Under the pieces are notes generated by a model that saw only the letters and a program-made list of their open reading frames with translations, was not told where the DNA came from and made no database searches. The translations under genes and the position numbers were made by a program. A stretch of 50,780 nt of DNA. Source: Caldithrix abyssi. Lineage in GTDB: Bacteria; Calditrichota; Calditrichia; Calditrichales; Calditrichaceae. Where the stretch lies: positions 1 through 50,780 of the forward strand of contig DRQG01000140.1 of the NCBI GenBank assembly GCA_011369465.1, read 5' to 3'. Shown here in pieces: positions 1 through 9,595 of the stretch. Every line of letters starts with the position of its first letter. The first letter of the stretch is position 1.

Positions 1-1791
1 GTCATTAAAAATCTGCGTAAAAATATTACCGTTACACAAGTTAAAAATACAAATATTTTCAGACTATCCGTTCGATCAACCAACCCCCAAATGGCGCAAA
101 TATTAGCAAATACCATAGCAGAGAAATATCGTTTAACCCGTCTTGCCCAAAAACAACAGACGGTACACTATACCTTTGAGTTTGTAGATAACCAACTTAA
201 AAATATCCGCGAAAAACTGAATGAGGCAGAGTTTAATCTTAGCCGGTTCAAAAGTGATTTCCACCTGGTGGATATTACCGAGAACTCCAAGGAAATACTG
301 GATTTTTTATCGGAACTCGAATCGGAGAAGATTAAAACCGACATGGAACTTGCAGAATATGAAAATAAAGTCTTCCACATGAAAAAGCAGTTATCCGACA
401 AAGGGTATTTTGACCAAACTTATTTAACTCCAGGAAGAACTGACGGGGAACGCTCTCCCTTTTCCATACTGTTGCAGCAACTATCCGATGCAGAAATTCG
501 TCGGTTGGAACTTTTGCAAAAAAGAAAAAGTAGTCATCCGGATGTTGTTACCATAGATGAACAAATAGCTCAAATAAAATCTAAACTTTCGGAGTACAAT
601 CAGAACACGCTGATCAGTTATCAGATTATTATTAATTCTTTGCAGAAAAAAAAGTACAGTTTAAAAAAGCTTATTGATAAATATTCCGTAAAAATTAAAA
701 ATCTTCCTGATAAGGAGAGCAAACTGATCAACTTGACGCGTGCCAAAAACGTTTACGAAAAAATGTTTACCATGTTACTGGATAAAAGAGAAGAACTGCG
801 CATGGCCGAACTTTCCAAATTACAGGATATTGTTGTAGTTGATCCGGGCAGGTTACCCATCGAACCGGTGGCTCCACGTAAAATACTTAACCTGATTATA
901 GGTTTTTTATTAGGGTCTATCATCGGACTTACGCTGATTTTTGTCTGGGATTATGCTGATAACAAAATAAAAGACGTTGGAGATCTGGAGAACAATTTTG
1001 ACTTTCCCATTTTGGCAATTTTTCCCCAATATGGTAATGATGTTAAAGAAAAAATAGATAATGCTGACACAGTTAACGAGCGGCTTGTATCCCTTATGGA
1101 AGAACAATCGGTTTTTCTGGAATCATATCGTTTATTGCGTACCAGGTTATTGCAGGCAAAGCAAAAAGACAATGCCTTTTTGTTTACCAGCGGTGAAGAG
1201 GACACGGGTAAAACCACTATTGTAGCTAATTTGGGTATTAATATGGCTAAAGGAGGTCGCAAAATATTAATTATTGATGGGGATTTAAAAAAAGCGGGGA
1301 TATCCCGATTTTTTGATATTCCGAAATCTTTTCCCTCGATCAAGGATTTCCTTATGAATGAAAACTCTTTGCCCATCCTGTTTAATCCCTTCAAAGATAC
1401 AGAAACCCAATTACATTTGAGGATTCTCAGTGCAGGGAGTGGAAATGTGGAAAATTCCAGTGAACTTCTTGAATTGCCTAAGTTGAAAGAATTTCTACAT
1501 TTAGCGCGGAATAACTATGATTTTATCCTGATTGACACACCCCCTGTTACACGTATTATCGACACACTGGTACTAGGAAACCTGGTTAAAGAAGTTTTGA
1601 TGATTGTCAAACCTCGTCATACAATAAAAGACGGATTGAAATTTGCGATAGAAGAGCTTGGACATGCCGACCTGAATATCATCGGTTTTGTACTTAACGC
1701 ATGTAACCTTAACAGTTCTCCGCATCGCTATAAATATGGTTACGGATATGGATATTATAAAAAGGAGAATGAACTCCATCTACAACAATAA
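1..1791 (+). CDS. Polysaccharide co-polymerase / bacterial tyrosine (BY) kinase, Wzc-like. The 5' end is cut by the window edge, because the frame is open from nt 1 upstream of the listed Met at 91.
   Basis: Walker A P-loop SGEEDTGKTT at about 1189-1215. Walker A'-like ILIIDGDLKK. Walker B-like DFILIDTPP. C-terminal tyrosine cluster YKYGYGYGYY at about 1726-1761. The N-terminal part is coiled-coil-rich, as expected for a Wzz/GumC chain-length domain. Frame 1 has no stop between nt 1 and 91. Confidence 0.8.
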   Translation, partial: VIKNLRKNITVTQVKNTNIFRLSVRSTNPQMAQILANTIAEKYRLTRLAQKQQTVHYTFEFVDNQLKNIREKLNEAEFNLSRFKSDFHLVDITENSKEILDFLSELESEKIKTDMELAEYENKVFHMKKQLSDKGYFDQTYLTPGRTDGERSPFSILLQQLSDAEIRRLELLQKRKSSHPDVVTIDEQIAQIKSKLSEYNQNTLISYQIIINSLQKKKYSLKKLIDKYSVKIKNLPDKESKLINLTRAKNVYEKMFTMLLDKREELRMAELSKLQDIVVVDPGRLPIEPVAPRKILNLIIGFLLGSIIGLTLIFVWDYADNKIKDVGDLENNFDFPILAIFPQYGNDVKEKIDNADTVNERLVSLMEEQSVFLESYRLLRTRLLQAKQKDNAFLFTSGEEDTGKTTIVANLGINMAKGGRKILIIDGDLKKAGISRFFDIPKSFPSIKDFLMNENSLPILFNPFKDTETQLHLRILSAGSGNVENSSELLELPKLKEFLHLARNNYDFILIDTPPVTRIIDTLVLGNLVKEVLMIVKPRHTIKDGLKFAIEELGHADLNIIGFVLNACNLNSSPHRYKYGYGYGYYKKENELHLQQ

Positions 1792-1939
1792 TAAAAGTTG
1801 AGCAATTATTACTCAGTTATTCAAACAGATTCTTATCTTAGATATTTAATCCGGTTTGTATTTCCTTTTAGGGTATAGTTTGGCATATATTTTGAAGATA
1901 GGTTTTGTGGCGTAAACGAACGGATAAACAGGACTCAAA

Positions 1940-3211
1940 ATGGGAAACCGGAAAAATTCTAATATAAACTTTTATTTTTTTGTGCTATATATATTTATCG
2001 GTTTAGCCGGTGCACAGGAAAAAACACTCGTTCAACCGATAACGGATCCGGATGTTATTTTATATCCTGAGCCACAAATTGATCGGCCTGCTTATTTACA
2101 ACCACTAACAGACCCTGTGTTTAAAGCGCCGGTCATTCGGATAACAGGTGACGCCGGTACACCGGTATTGGACGGCCAATGGGCTTCGATAGCCCGTCAC
2201 CATTATTCCAAAGATCAACCCTGGAATGCTGATCAGACACTTATTCGAATTGACCGCAATCAGAGCTCACCAAATCCGATTTACCTGGATGGACAGACCT
2301 ACCAGGTGTTATTCAGTAAAAGCAGCCCCGGAGAAGACCGTTGGCATCCCCAAAATCCGGATGTGCGTATCTATGTTAGGGATAATGAAATCGGATTATG
2401 GAACATACATACCGACAATATTACCGTTATTAAATCTTTTAAGGATTATACAAATCTTAAATTCGGTCCTTATGAAGGAAACTGTTCCTACGATGGACGG
2501 TGGATTGCCCCTTTAGGCACACGGTCGGATGGCAAAAAGGTAACTTTTGCTTATGATATGGAAGCAAAGAAAAAATATCCTGATATTGTGCTTGACGGAT
2601 ATGATATCGATTGGGTGTCGATTTCGGCTTTGGGAAATTATATAGTGGTAAACGCTACCATTAACGGCAAAAGAGATAACACACTTGTTTTTGATATTTA
2701 CGGTAAACAAATGGGTTCAATTTGGAGCGAATATGGCCGTCCCAGTCACTATGACTTGACCGTAGATCAAAATGGTGACGAAGTGGCGGTCGGTGTTTCA
2801 AAATCCGCCCCGGATGAAGGGCGGGTAATTAAAAGGCGGTTGAGCGATGGCACAGTTACCGTATTGACAAAGGGAGGCTACGCCAGCCATACATCGGCAC
2901 GTAATTATAACCGCCCCGGTTGGGTGTATGTCAGCTTTCAGTATCGCGGTGATAAATGGCCGCCTTATCTTGATGAAATCGTTGCCGTAAAACTGGATGG
3001 TAGTATGAAAGTAGAGCGGCTTGTACATATGCATACCATCTTAAATGGTTATTATACCGAGGCCCATGCGGTACCGTCCCCGGATGGTAGCAGAGTGATG
3101 TGGGCCAGTAATTGGGATAACGCAAACGGGCCCGTAAATTCCTATGTGGTGGATTGGCGTCCCGCTATATCCGCCCCGGAGAACATTCAAATAAAACCAA
3201 CAGAGCGTTAG
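1940..3211 (+). CDS. Exported hypothetical protein with an N-terminal signal peptide, embedded in the polysaccharide locus.
   Basis: N-terminus MGNRKNSNINFYFFVLYIFIGLAGAQEK has a hydrophobic h-region followed by AQ. No recognisable catalytic motif. Confidence 0.5.
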   Translation: MGNRKNSNINFYFFVLYIFIGLAGAQEKTLVQPITDPDVILYPEPQIDRPAYLQPLTDPVFKAPVIRITGDAGTPVLDGQWASIARHHYSKDQPWNADQTLIRIDRNQSSPNPIYLDGQTYQVLFSKSSPGEDRWHPQNPDVRIYVRDNEIGLWNIHTDNITVIKSFKDYTNLKFGPYEGNCSYDGRWIAPLGTRSDGKKVTFAYDMEAKKKYPDIVLDGYDIDWVSISALGNYIVVNATINGKRDNTLVFDIYGKQMGSIWSEYGRPSHYDLTVDQNGDEVAVGVSKSAPDEGRVIKRRLSDGTVTVLTKGGYASHTSARNYNRPGWVYVSFQYRGDKWPPYLDEIVAVKLDGSMKVERLVHMHTILNGYYTEAHAVPSPDGSRVMWASNWDNANGPVNSYVVDWRPAISAPENIQIKPTER

Positions 3212-3244
3212 ATACGTTCCCTCCGATTTTCTTTACTATGCCAA

Positions 3245-4777
3245 ATGAAAAAACTTAAAAATTTCTTACTCGTATCCATTTCTACCTATTTTAAGCGGGT
3301 TCTAAACCTCGTATTGCAGGTGATGTTATCCACCCTTTTCGGCACCGGAAGGGTTATGGATGCATTTTTCGTTGCTATCGCCGTTCCTCGTTTCATTACC
3401 GATGTTCTAATGGTTTCCTCCAAAAATATTCTCATTCCCAAATTGATTGAGGTGGAAAAAAATGAGAATAAAAAGGATTTTAAGGTAGAACTATTTAACA
3501 ACATTTTGTTTCTTACAATAGCTATTGCCATCTCGGTTATTATCTTTTCCAACCAGATGATCTCTTTGGTCGCTCCCGGAATTCCCGAAGATATTCAAAT
3601 TCAAAGTAGATATTTGTTGATTGCGGCTGCAGGACTTATCGTCCTTGAGGGACTGAACCACTATCTGACCAGTATATTTAATGCCAGAGAAGAATATGTG
3701 TATATTTCTGTCCTTCCGATTATGAGTGGTATTGTGACTTTGGCTTTATTCTATCTTTTATATAATCGATTTAATTTATATGCACTTATAATCGCCTGGA
3801 GTATGAGTTATACGATACAACTTATCATTTTTTATAATGCGCTGAAAAAACGATTTGTTTTTAGAAATATTAAGATTCGATTCAAACCGTTCAGCAGCGA
3901 GTTGATCGAAACGGTAAGGCTGGCCTGGCCACTCCTGCTGTCTGCTGTTTTTATTAATATTATTCCGGTATTTGATAAATTTTTTGCTTCCTTTCTACCC
4001 CAGGGGAGTATTTCCTTTCTGAGTTATGCGGAAAAACTAAACATGGCCATTATGGTTATCCCTTTTTCATTTATGACTATATTTTTGCCTGATCTGGCTA
4101 AATCGGTGGTGGCAGGTAATAAGAACGTTGTAAAAGAAAAACTACAAAAAAGTTTGATCAATTCGCTTTTTGTAGTTGTTCCTGTAATTGTATTTATATT
4201 TTATCATTCTACTACCATTGTAAGCCTGGTGCTGGGCTACGGTAAATTTGACCAATACTCGGTTGCACAAACCGGACTGGCGCTTAAGTTTTATGTGGGT
4301 TCCGTACTGGGTTACAATCTTGTGGTTGTTTCCACTAATCTTTTGTATAGTATTAAAAAAACCAAAATTGTTGCCGCATTATATTTAGCAGGTGCTGTCT
4401 TTAACATTATATTGGCCTTTGGCCTTAGCAAAATTCTCGGTTTCAAAGGTATCGCTTTGGCTTTTTCCATATCTTATGCTCTTTTAGCTATCGCTTTTAT
4501 TGCCTTTATCCACTTTTTTGTCATTCGCCTTTTCCAGTGGGAATTTATTATCCATCTGACTAAAGTGTTACTGTTAGCGGTTTTCTCCCTGATATTTTTT
4601 CATTTCATTAGTCCGGATACTGATCCGTTGCATCCGGATAAAATTCATTTATTACTCACCTTTTTATTTTCCATGATAAAATATTCCGGCTTCATTGTTC
4701 TGCTTCTCTATTTATTATCTTTTAAAAAAGTACATATTTTTTTAAAACTTCATTTTCAAAAAAGTACTATCGATTAA
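3245..4777 (+). CDS. Oligosaccharide flippase of the MOP superfamily, Wzx/MurJ-like polysaccharide biosynthesis protein.
   Basis: 510 aa with about 12-14 predicted transmembrane helices throughout. AT-rich, Ile/Leu/Phe-rich composition. Positioned next to a Wzy-like gene. Confidence 0.7.
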   Translation: MKKLKNFLLVSISTYFKRVLNLVLQVMLSTLFGTGRVMDAFFVAIAVPRFITDVLMVSSKNILIPKLIEVEKNENKKDFKVELFNNILFLTIAIAISVIIFSNQMISLVAPGIPEDIQIQSRYLLIAAAGLIVLEGLNHYLTSIFNAREEYVYISVLPIMSGIVTLALFYLLYNRFNLYALIIAWSMSYTIQLIIFYNALKKRFVFRNIKIRFKPFSSELIETVRLAWPLLLSAVFINIIPVFDKFFASFLPQGSISFLSYAEKLNMAIMVIPFSFMTIFLPDLAKSVVAGNKNVVKEKLQKSLINSLFVVVPVIVFIFYHSTTIVSLVLGYGKFDQYSVAQTGLALKFYVGSVLGYNLVVVSTNLLYSIKKTKIVAALYLAGAVFNIILAFGLSKILGFKGIALAFSISYALLAIAFIAFIHFFVIRLFQWEFIIHLTKVLLLAVFSLIFFHFISPDTDPLHPDKIHLLLTFLFSMIKYSGFIVLLLYLLSFKKVHIFLKLHFQKSTID

Positions 4778-4791
4778 TTATTACAGAAAGA

Positions 4792-5982
4792 TTGATTCGC
4801 ATGGTCAGAAGATGTCTCATCGTTCTGCTTGCCATCAGTATCCCCTTAATGAAGATTATTGAGATAGGTGGGAAAAAAATAAATTTTGCCGTTTGTGATT
4901 TCGTACTGATCCTAATTCTTATTCATATTATGCTTACTTTCTTAAGCAATAGAAAAGAACTCGTTTTCCCCAACCTGGCTTTGTTTTACTTGTTCGTAGC
5001 GGTTACTTTAATATCCACTCTTGTTTCGATGATCTGGATTGCTAAGACGCAATCGGTTTTTTTCACTATGGTCGAAGTTATTAAATTTTTGGTAGTGGTC
5101 ATTTATTTTTTCATTTTTTATTTTTATCTGGAAACCACAGACGAAATTCATCTTTTTTTCAAATATTGGGTGATTATTTCAGTTTTTGAAGTACTTTTGG
5201 GGCTGTTTGGTCTGGTGACGCATAATCCGGATTTTTCATTGGATTACCGTATCCAGGGCTCATTTGCTAATCCAAATTTATTTGCCATGTATCTCAATGC
5301 GTCCGTTTATATATCGCTGTATTTATATCTCAAGTTTCAACAAAAAATCTACCTTTTTGCCACTCTGTTTTTTATTTTCGGTATCATAGTTAGTGCCTCG
5401 CGCGGCGCGTTGCTTGGGCTGACGCTTTCATTTCTTTTCTTTATTTTATATAAAAACAAATATAAACTGCGCATCATTCTATCGTTGTTTTTTGTGGCAC
5501 TGGTTTTTTCATTTTCCCTGGCCTTCACCGATATCGATTTATCGTATAATATCAGCCGTCTCGAAACCTTTTCAAGACTGGATAGCGAAGACAACCTGGG
5601 TGAACGTACTCATCTCTGGAAAATGGGCATTAAAATTATTGAGAATTATCCCTTTTTAGGGGTGGGTAAAGGAAACTTTATTTTCGCTGCCAATAACTTA
5701 GTGGAAACGGAAGGCACAAAATTTAACGCCGCTCACAACACCTATATTAGTATTGCCAGCGAAACGGGAATTCTAAATCTTTTAATCTTTCTGGGACTGC
5801 TGACTCATGTTTTTTTAAATCTGTTTTGGTACGTTAGGGCAAATAATTTGCTGCCAAAAATTATACTTACCATACTTTTAGCTTTCGTTACTCAGGCTCT
5901 GGTCATGAACATAGAAAATATCCGCTTTTTTTGGGGATTTTTGGCAATAGGTTTTGGCATCGAAAAATATCAACACGCTTAA
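4792..5982 (+). CDS. O-antigen polymerase or ligase-like (Wzy/WaaL family) integral membrane protein.
   Basis: 396 aa polytopic membrane protein with a large loop near the C-terminus (NLGERTHLWKMGIKIIENYPFLGVGKGNF), typical of the Wzy_C/O-antigen ligase domain. Sits between the flippase and the sugar-modifying genes. Confidence 0.6.
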   Translation: MIRMVRRCLIVLLAISIPLMKIIEIGGKKINFAVCDFVLILILIHIMLTFLSNRKELVFPNLALFYLFVAVTLISTLVSMIWIAKTQSVFFTMVEVIKFLVVVIYFFIFYFYLETTDEIHLFFKYWVIISVFEVLLGLFGLVTHNPDFSLDYRIQGSFANPNLFAMYLNASVYISLYLYLKFQQKIYLFATLFFIFGIIVSASRGALLGLTLSFLFFILYKNKYKLRIILSLFFVALVFSFSLAFTDIDLSYNISRLETFSRLDSEDNLGERTHLWKMGIKIIENYPFLGVGKGNFIFAANNLVETEGTKFNAAHNTYISIASETGILNLLIFLGLLTHVFLNLFWYVRANNLLPKIILTILLAFVTQALVMNIENIRFFWGFLAIGFGIEKYQHA

Positions 5983-6040
5983 TCCTAAGCTGAATAGATT
6001 AAGGAACGCATAGTTCAAGGAAAATTAACATTTTAAACCA

Positions 6041-7072
6041 ATGAATCATAACACATCCTCCAATCCCGCCGTATTTGTACTTAGCCTCGATACCGAACTG
6101 GCCTGGGGAAATTTTGTACGGGTGAAAGACCCTCTAAAAAAAACTCAGATGTTTCGTACACGGTATTGTATCCAGCAACTGCTCGATTTGTTGGAAACTT
6201 ACAATATTCGTGCCACTTGGGCGGTGGTTGGCCATTTAATGCTGGATGCCTGTCATCCGGACGAAAACGGTGTGAAACACCCTCAGGCAATCCGGCCTGC
6301 CTATAGCTGGCACCCCGGCGACTGGTTCGAGGACGATCCCTGTACATCATTGCAAGAGGATCCGCTGTGGTACGGTATGGACATCGTAAACAAAATCCGT
6401 TCTTGCGCCGTACCCCAGGAAATTGCTTCCCACTCTTTCGCCCATCAAATATTCGGAGACCCGGGATGCCACTGGGCCTGTGCCGATACGGACATCCGGC
6501 TGGCGGTTTTTGCGGCACAGGCATTAAATATTCAAATGGATTCGTTTGTCTATCCTAAAAACAGCATTGCCCATCAAACCGTACTGGCCAAATATGGGTT
6601 CCGAATATACCGTGGCGAAGGAACAGAGTGGTACAATCGATTCCGCCACCCCTTACTACGAAAAATACTCCATTTTCTGGACGATTTGCTGGCCGTGCCG
6701 CCGGCGGCGGATACGTTGCATCGGGATAACGATAACCTGTTTTATACCAACGGTAATATGATGTACCAGTCCATGGAAGGACTGCGTAAGCTCATTCCGC
6801 TTAGGGCCAGGGTACGAAAGGCAAAAATGGGTATAAATAAAGCGGTTGCGCAGGGAAAAATTTTTCATCTGTGGTTACATCCTTTTAATCTGGCCAGCGA
6901 TCCTACCCGCCTTTTGGCCGGATTGGAAGAAATTTTCAAACATGTAAAAAATCTTGAAGATGCAGGACGATTGGTCAATCTGCCGATGAGAGAGTTGCCT
7001 GCATTCTTTGGCATTAAACCAGACCCAGCCGATGTGCTGATCAATGAAGGTACTGCAAATTACATCCGTTGA
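6041..7072 (+). CDS. Polysaccharide deacetylase-like protein, NodB / carbohydrate esterase 4-like.
   Basis: N-terminal VFVLSLDTELAWG is a variant of NodB motif 1 (TFDDG). HSFAHQ matches the metal-binding NodB motif 2 (H-S/T-x-x-H). Read by motif only. Confidence 0.45.
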   Translation: MNHNTSSNPAVFVLSLDTELAWGNFVRVKDPLKKTQMFRTRYCIQQLLDLLETYNIRATWAVVGHLMLDACHPDENGVKHPQAIRPAYSWHPGDWFEDDPCTSLQEDPLWYGMDIVNKIRSCAVPQEIASHSFAHQIFGDPGCHWACADTDIRLAVFAAQALNIQMDSFVYPKNSIAHQTVLAKYGFRIYRGEGTEWYNRFRHPLLRKILHFLDDLLAVPPAADTLHRDNDNLFYTNGNMMYQSMEGLRKLIPLRARVRKAKMGINKAVAQGKIFHLWLHPFNLASDPTRLLAGLEEIFKHVKNLEDAGRLVNLPMRELPAFFGIKPDPADVLINEGTANYIR

Positions 7073-8234
7073 TGAAACGGTAAAACATCTGCTTTTGCCG
7101 TTGATCGACCGCTTACAGGATAACGGGTTTACCGTGGAAACCGTCTGTTCGCGTGGTCGCTACAGCGATCCGTTACGTCGGCAGGGCTATGTAATCCATA
7201 ATGTGTCTGTTCCCCGTTCCCTATCTCTCTGGGCCATCCTGAAAAATATCCGCGCATTATACCGGCTTATGCGTACAAATCAATATGATATCATTCATGT
7301 ACATGCTCCTGTTTCTGCGTTTACGGGCCGAATAGCGGCCAAATTATATGGGAAGGCCGTAATTATTTATACGGTTCACGGGTTCTATTTTCACGAAAAT
7401 ATGTCTCGTCTTAAATATCATTTGTTTTATACCATCGAGAAAATCCTGGCTTACTGTTGCACCCATATCATGTTTTTCCAGAGTGAAGAGGATTACAAAT
7501 TAGCCAAAGAAAAAAAATTCTTACGCGGCCAAAATCTTTTTTATATCGGTAACGGTGTAGATGTGCACGTGCGGTTTAATCCGGCTTCCGTTTCAGCGGT
7601 AGAAGTGAACAGATTGCGCAGTGAACTTGGCCTGGAACCGGAATACATTGTAGTTACTTTTATAGGCCGTTTGGTATATGAAAAAGGAGTAATGGATTTA
7701 CTAAGAGCTTTTACAGCAATCGACATGAATAACGCAATTTTGTTGGTTGTGGGATCGGCCTTAGCTACGGATCGCGATCGAATACCGGAAGAAGAATTAA
7801 AACCCTATCGAAATCATCCGCGCATTATTTTTACCGGCTTTCGGGAGGACATTTCGCAGATATTGGCTCTTACGGATATTTTTTGTATGCCCTCTTACCG
7901 CGAAGGTAAACCTCGTTCAGTTTTAGAAGCGATGGCCATGAATTGTGCCATTATAGCCGGCAATATACGGGGCTGCCGCGAAGAGGTGATTCCCGGCCGG
8001 AACGGCTTCTTATTTGACATTAAAAATGTTGAAGACTTAAGCGACAAACTGATTTCATTACTTAGTAATATTCCTCAACTTAAAATCTTTAAGAAGAACT
8101 CTCATACTATTGCCCGTGCCGTTTATGATGAAGAAACGGTTCTTAACAAGCAAATGGAAATTTATGAACGACTTCATTCCAAAGGTATAAAAGATTTGGA
8201 GTTCAATATTTCACCTACCAGGATTCATAGCTGA
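7044..8234 (+). CDS. Glycosyltransferase family 1 (GT4-type).
   Basis: C-terminal E-x7-E signature EGKPRSVLEAMAMNCAIIAGNIRGCREEVIPGRNGFLF at about 7903-8016. Overlaps the upstream ORF by 29 nt, so the start may lie further downstream. Confidence 0.8.
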   Translation: MKVLQITSVDETVKHLLLPLIDRLQDNGFTVETVCSRGRYSDPLRRQGYVIHNVSVPRSLSLWAILKNIRALYRLMRTNQYDIIHVHAPVSAFTGRIAAKLYGKAVIIYTVHGFYFHENMSRLKYHLFYTIEKILAYCCTHIMFFQSEEDYKLAKEKKFLRGQNLFYIGNGVDVHVRFNPASVSAVEVNRLRSELGLEPEYIVVTFIGRLVYEKGVMDLLRAFTAIDMNNAILLVVGSALATDRDRIPEEELKPYRNHPRIIFTGFREDISQILALTDIFCMPSYREGKPRSVLEAMAMNCAIIAGNIRGCREEVIPGRNGFLFDIKNVEDLSDKLISLLSNIPQLKIFKKNSHTIARAVYDEETVLNKQMEIYERLHSKGIKDLEFNISPTRIHS

Positions 8235-8244
8235 TAGCTTAACT

Positions 8245-8898
8245 ATGTACAAAAAAATCATATCACAGCGAATTAAGATTGTGTTGGACTTTTGTCTGGC
8301 ATTGATTAGCCTGATACTTTTATCTCCGCTTTTTGTCATCATTTCTCTGGTAATAAAACTGGATAATCCGGGAAAAGTTATTTTTAAACAGGCGCGCGCC
8401 GGAAAAAACGGTAAACTGTTTTATATATATAAATTCCGGACTATGGTAGAGAATGCCGAAAACATGGGCCTGGGTTATGGCATTGCAAAAAATGATCCCC
8501 GTATAACCCGCGTGGGCCGGTTTCTGCGTAAAACAAGCCTGGATGAACTCCCCCAGCTGTTTAATGTGTTAAAAGGAGAGATGAGTTTTGTCGGCCCGAG
8601 ACCCGGTTTGCCTTATCAGGTAGAGCGTTATTCGGCTAAGCAGCATCGACGTTTACTGGTTAAACCGGGTATTACCGGACTGGCTCAGGTAGAAGGACGG
8701 GGGCTGATTCCCTGGTCAAAACGAATCGAGTATGACCTATGGTATATCGATCATTGGTCCCTTTGGCTGGATTTAAAAATCATGCTCAGGACGGTTAAAA
8801 ACATTATTCTTTCCAAAGGATATACCGAAGAACAGACTCCGGATATTATCGAAGATTTTGAAACATCATCACCACAAAACAAAGAGCGTTATGTTTAA
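8245..8898 (+). CDS. Small bacterial sugar transferase, the undecaprenyl-phosphate sugar-1-phosphate transferase that initiates the glycan (PglC/WbaP C-terminal type).
   Basis: Single N-terminal transmembrane helix. Diagnostic [21 protein letters not shown] motif at about 8536-8598. Confidence 0.85.
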   Translation: MYKKIISQRIKIVLDFCLALISLILLSPLFVIISLVIKLDNPGKVIFKQARAGKNGKLFYIYKFRTMVENAENMGLGYGIAKNDPRITRVGRFLRKTSLDELPQLFNVLKGEMSFVGPRPGLPYQVERYSAKQHRRLLVKPGITGLAQVEGRGLIPWSKRIEYDLWYIDHWSLWLDLKIMLRTVKNIILSKGYTEEQTPDIIEDFETSSPQNKERYV

Positions 8899-9595
8899 AC
8901 GATTTAACGACCTGACGGAAGATGATATAAATTGTGATTTGCAAATACATACAAATCGTACCGACGGCCAGGCCGGCATTGAGGAAATCGTAAATCGGGC
9001 ACGGCAGATCGGATTAAAAAGAATTGCCTTCACCGAACATGTCCGTAAAGATACCGACTGGTTTAACGAGTTTGCAGATGAGATTGAAGAGGTACGGCGC
9101 AGGACCGGCGGAATCGAAATATATATCGGATGCGAAACCAAGATACTCAATGTACACGGAACGTTGGATGTGAGCGAGCGCATACTCGATCGCTGTGAGA
9201 TCATTTTGGGTAGTGTGCATCGTTTCCCGGATGGAGCAGGCGGCTATCTGGATTTTACATGGATTACCGAAGATGATTTTTCCCGTATGGAGTTTGAATT
9301 GGCCAGCGCTCTGCTACTTTATGCTCCCATCGATGTACTGGCGCATCCGGGAGGCATGTACGCCCGTCATCATGGAAACTTTCCGCAAAACCTGCTGGCC
9401 GAACTGCTGGAACTGAGTAAAAAACGCAATGTTGCCGTGGAACTGAACGCGTCGTATCTGAAAGATATTAAAACCGTCCTTCCGGTTTACCGCGAAATAA
9501 ATCCTTATGTTTCTATCGGATCGGATGTGCACCGTCTGGAGGAATTGGGACTGTGTCGTGATTCACTGCGTTTACTTGGAGTGGGCCGATCATGA
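8891..9595 (+). CDS. PHP-domain metal-dependent phosphoesterase, possibly the CpsB/YwqE-type phosphotyrosine phosphatase partnering the BY-kinase.
   Basis: CDLQIHTNRTDG and FTEHV His/Asp metal-binding motifs of the PHP fold. The likely true start is ATG 8891, overlapping the upstream stop as ATGTTTAA. The ORF track lists Met 8858. Confidence 0.6.
   Translation: MFKRFNDLTEDDINCDLQIHTNRTDGQAGIEEIVNRARQIGLKRIAFTEHVRKDTDWFNEFADEIEEVRRRTGGIEIYIGCETKILNVHGTLDVSERILDRCEIILGSVHRFPDGAGGYLDFTWITEDDFSRMEFELASALLLYAPIDVLAHPGGMYARHHGNFPQNLLAELLELSKKRNVAVELNASYLKDIKTVLPVYREINPYVSIGSDVHRLEELGLCRDSLRLLGVGRS

Noticed and set aside
6367-6868. Overlapping small ORFs within the deacetylase-like gene: 6367-6558 and 6546-6761 on the plus strand, and 6656-6868 on the minus strand.
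   Set aside because: These are alternative frames inside a longer ORF that carries NodB-like motifs. They probably reflect locally elevated GC and are not independent genes.
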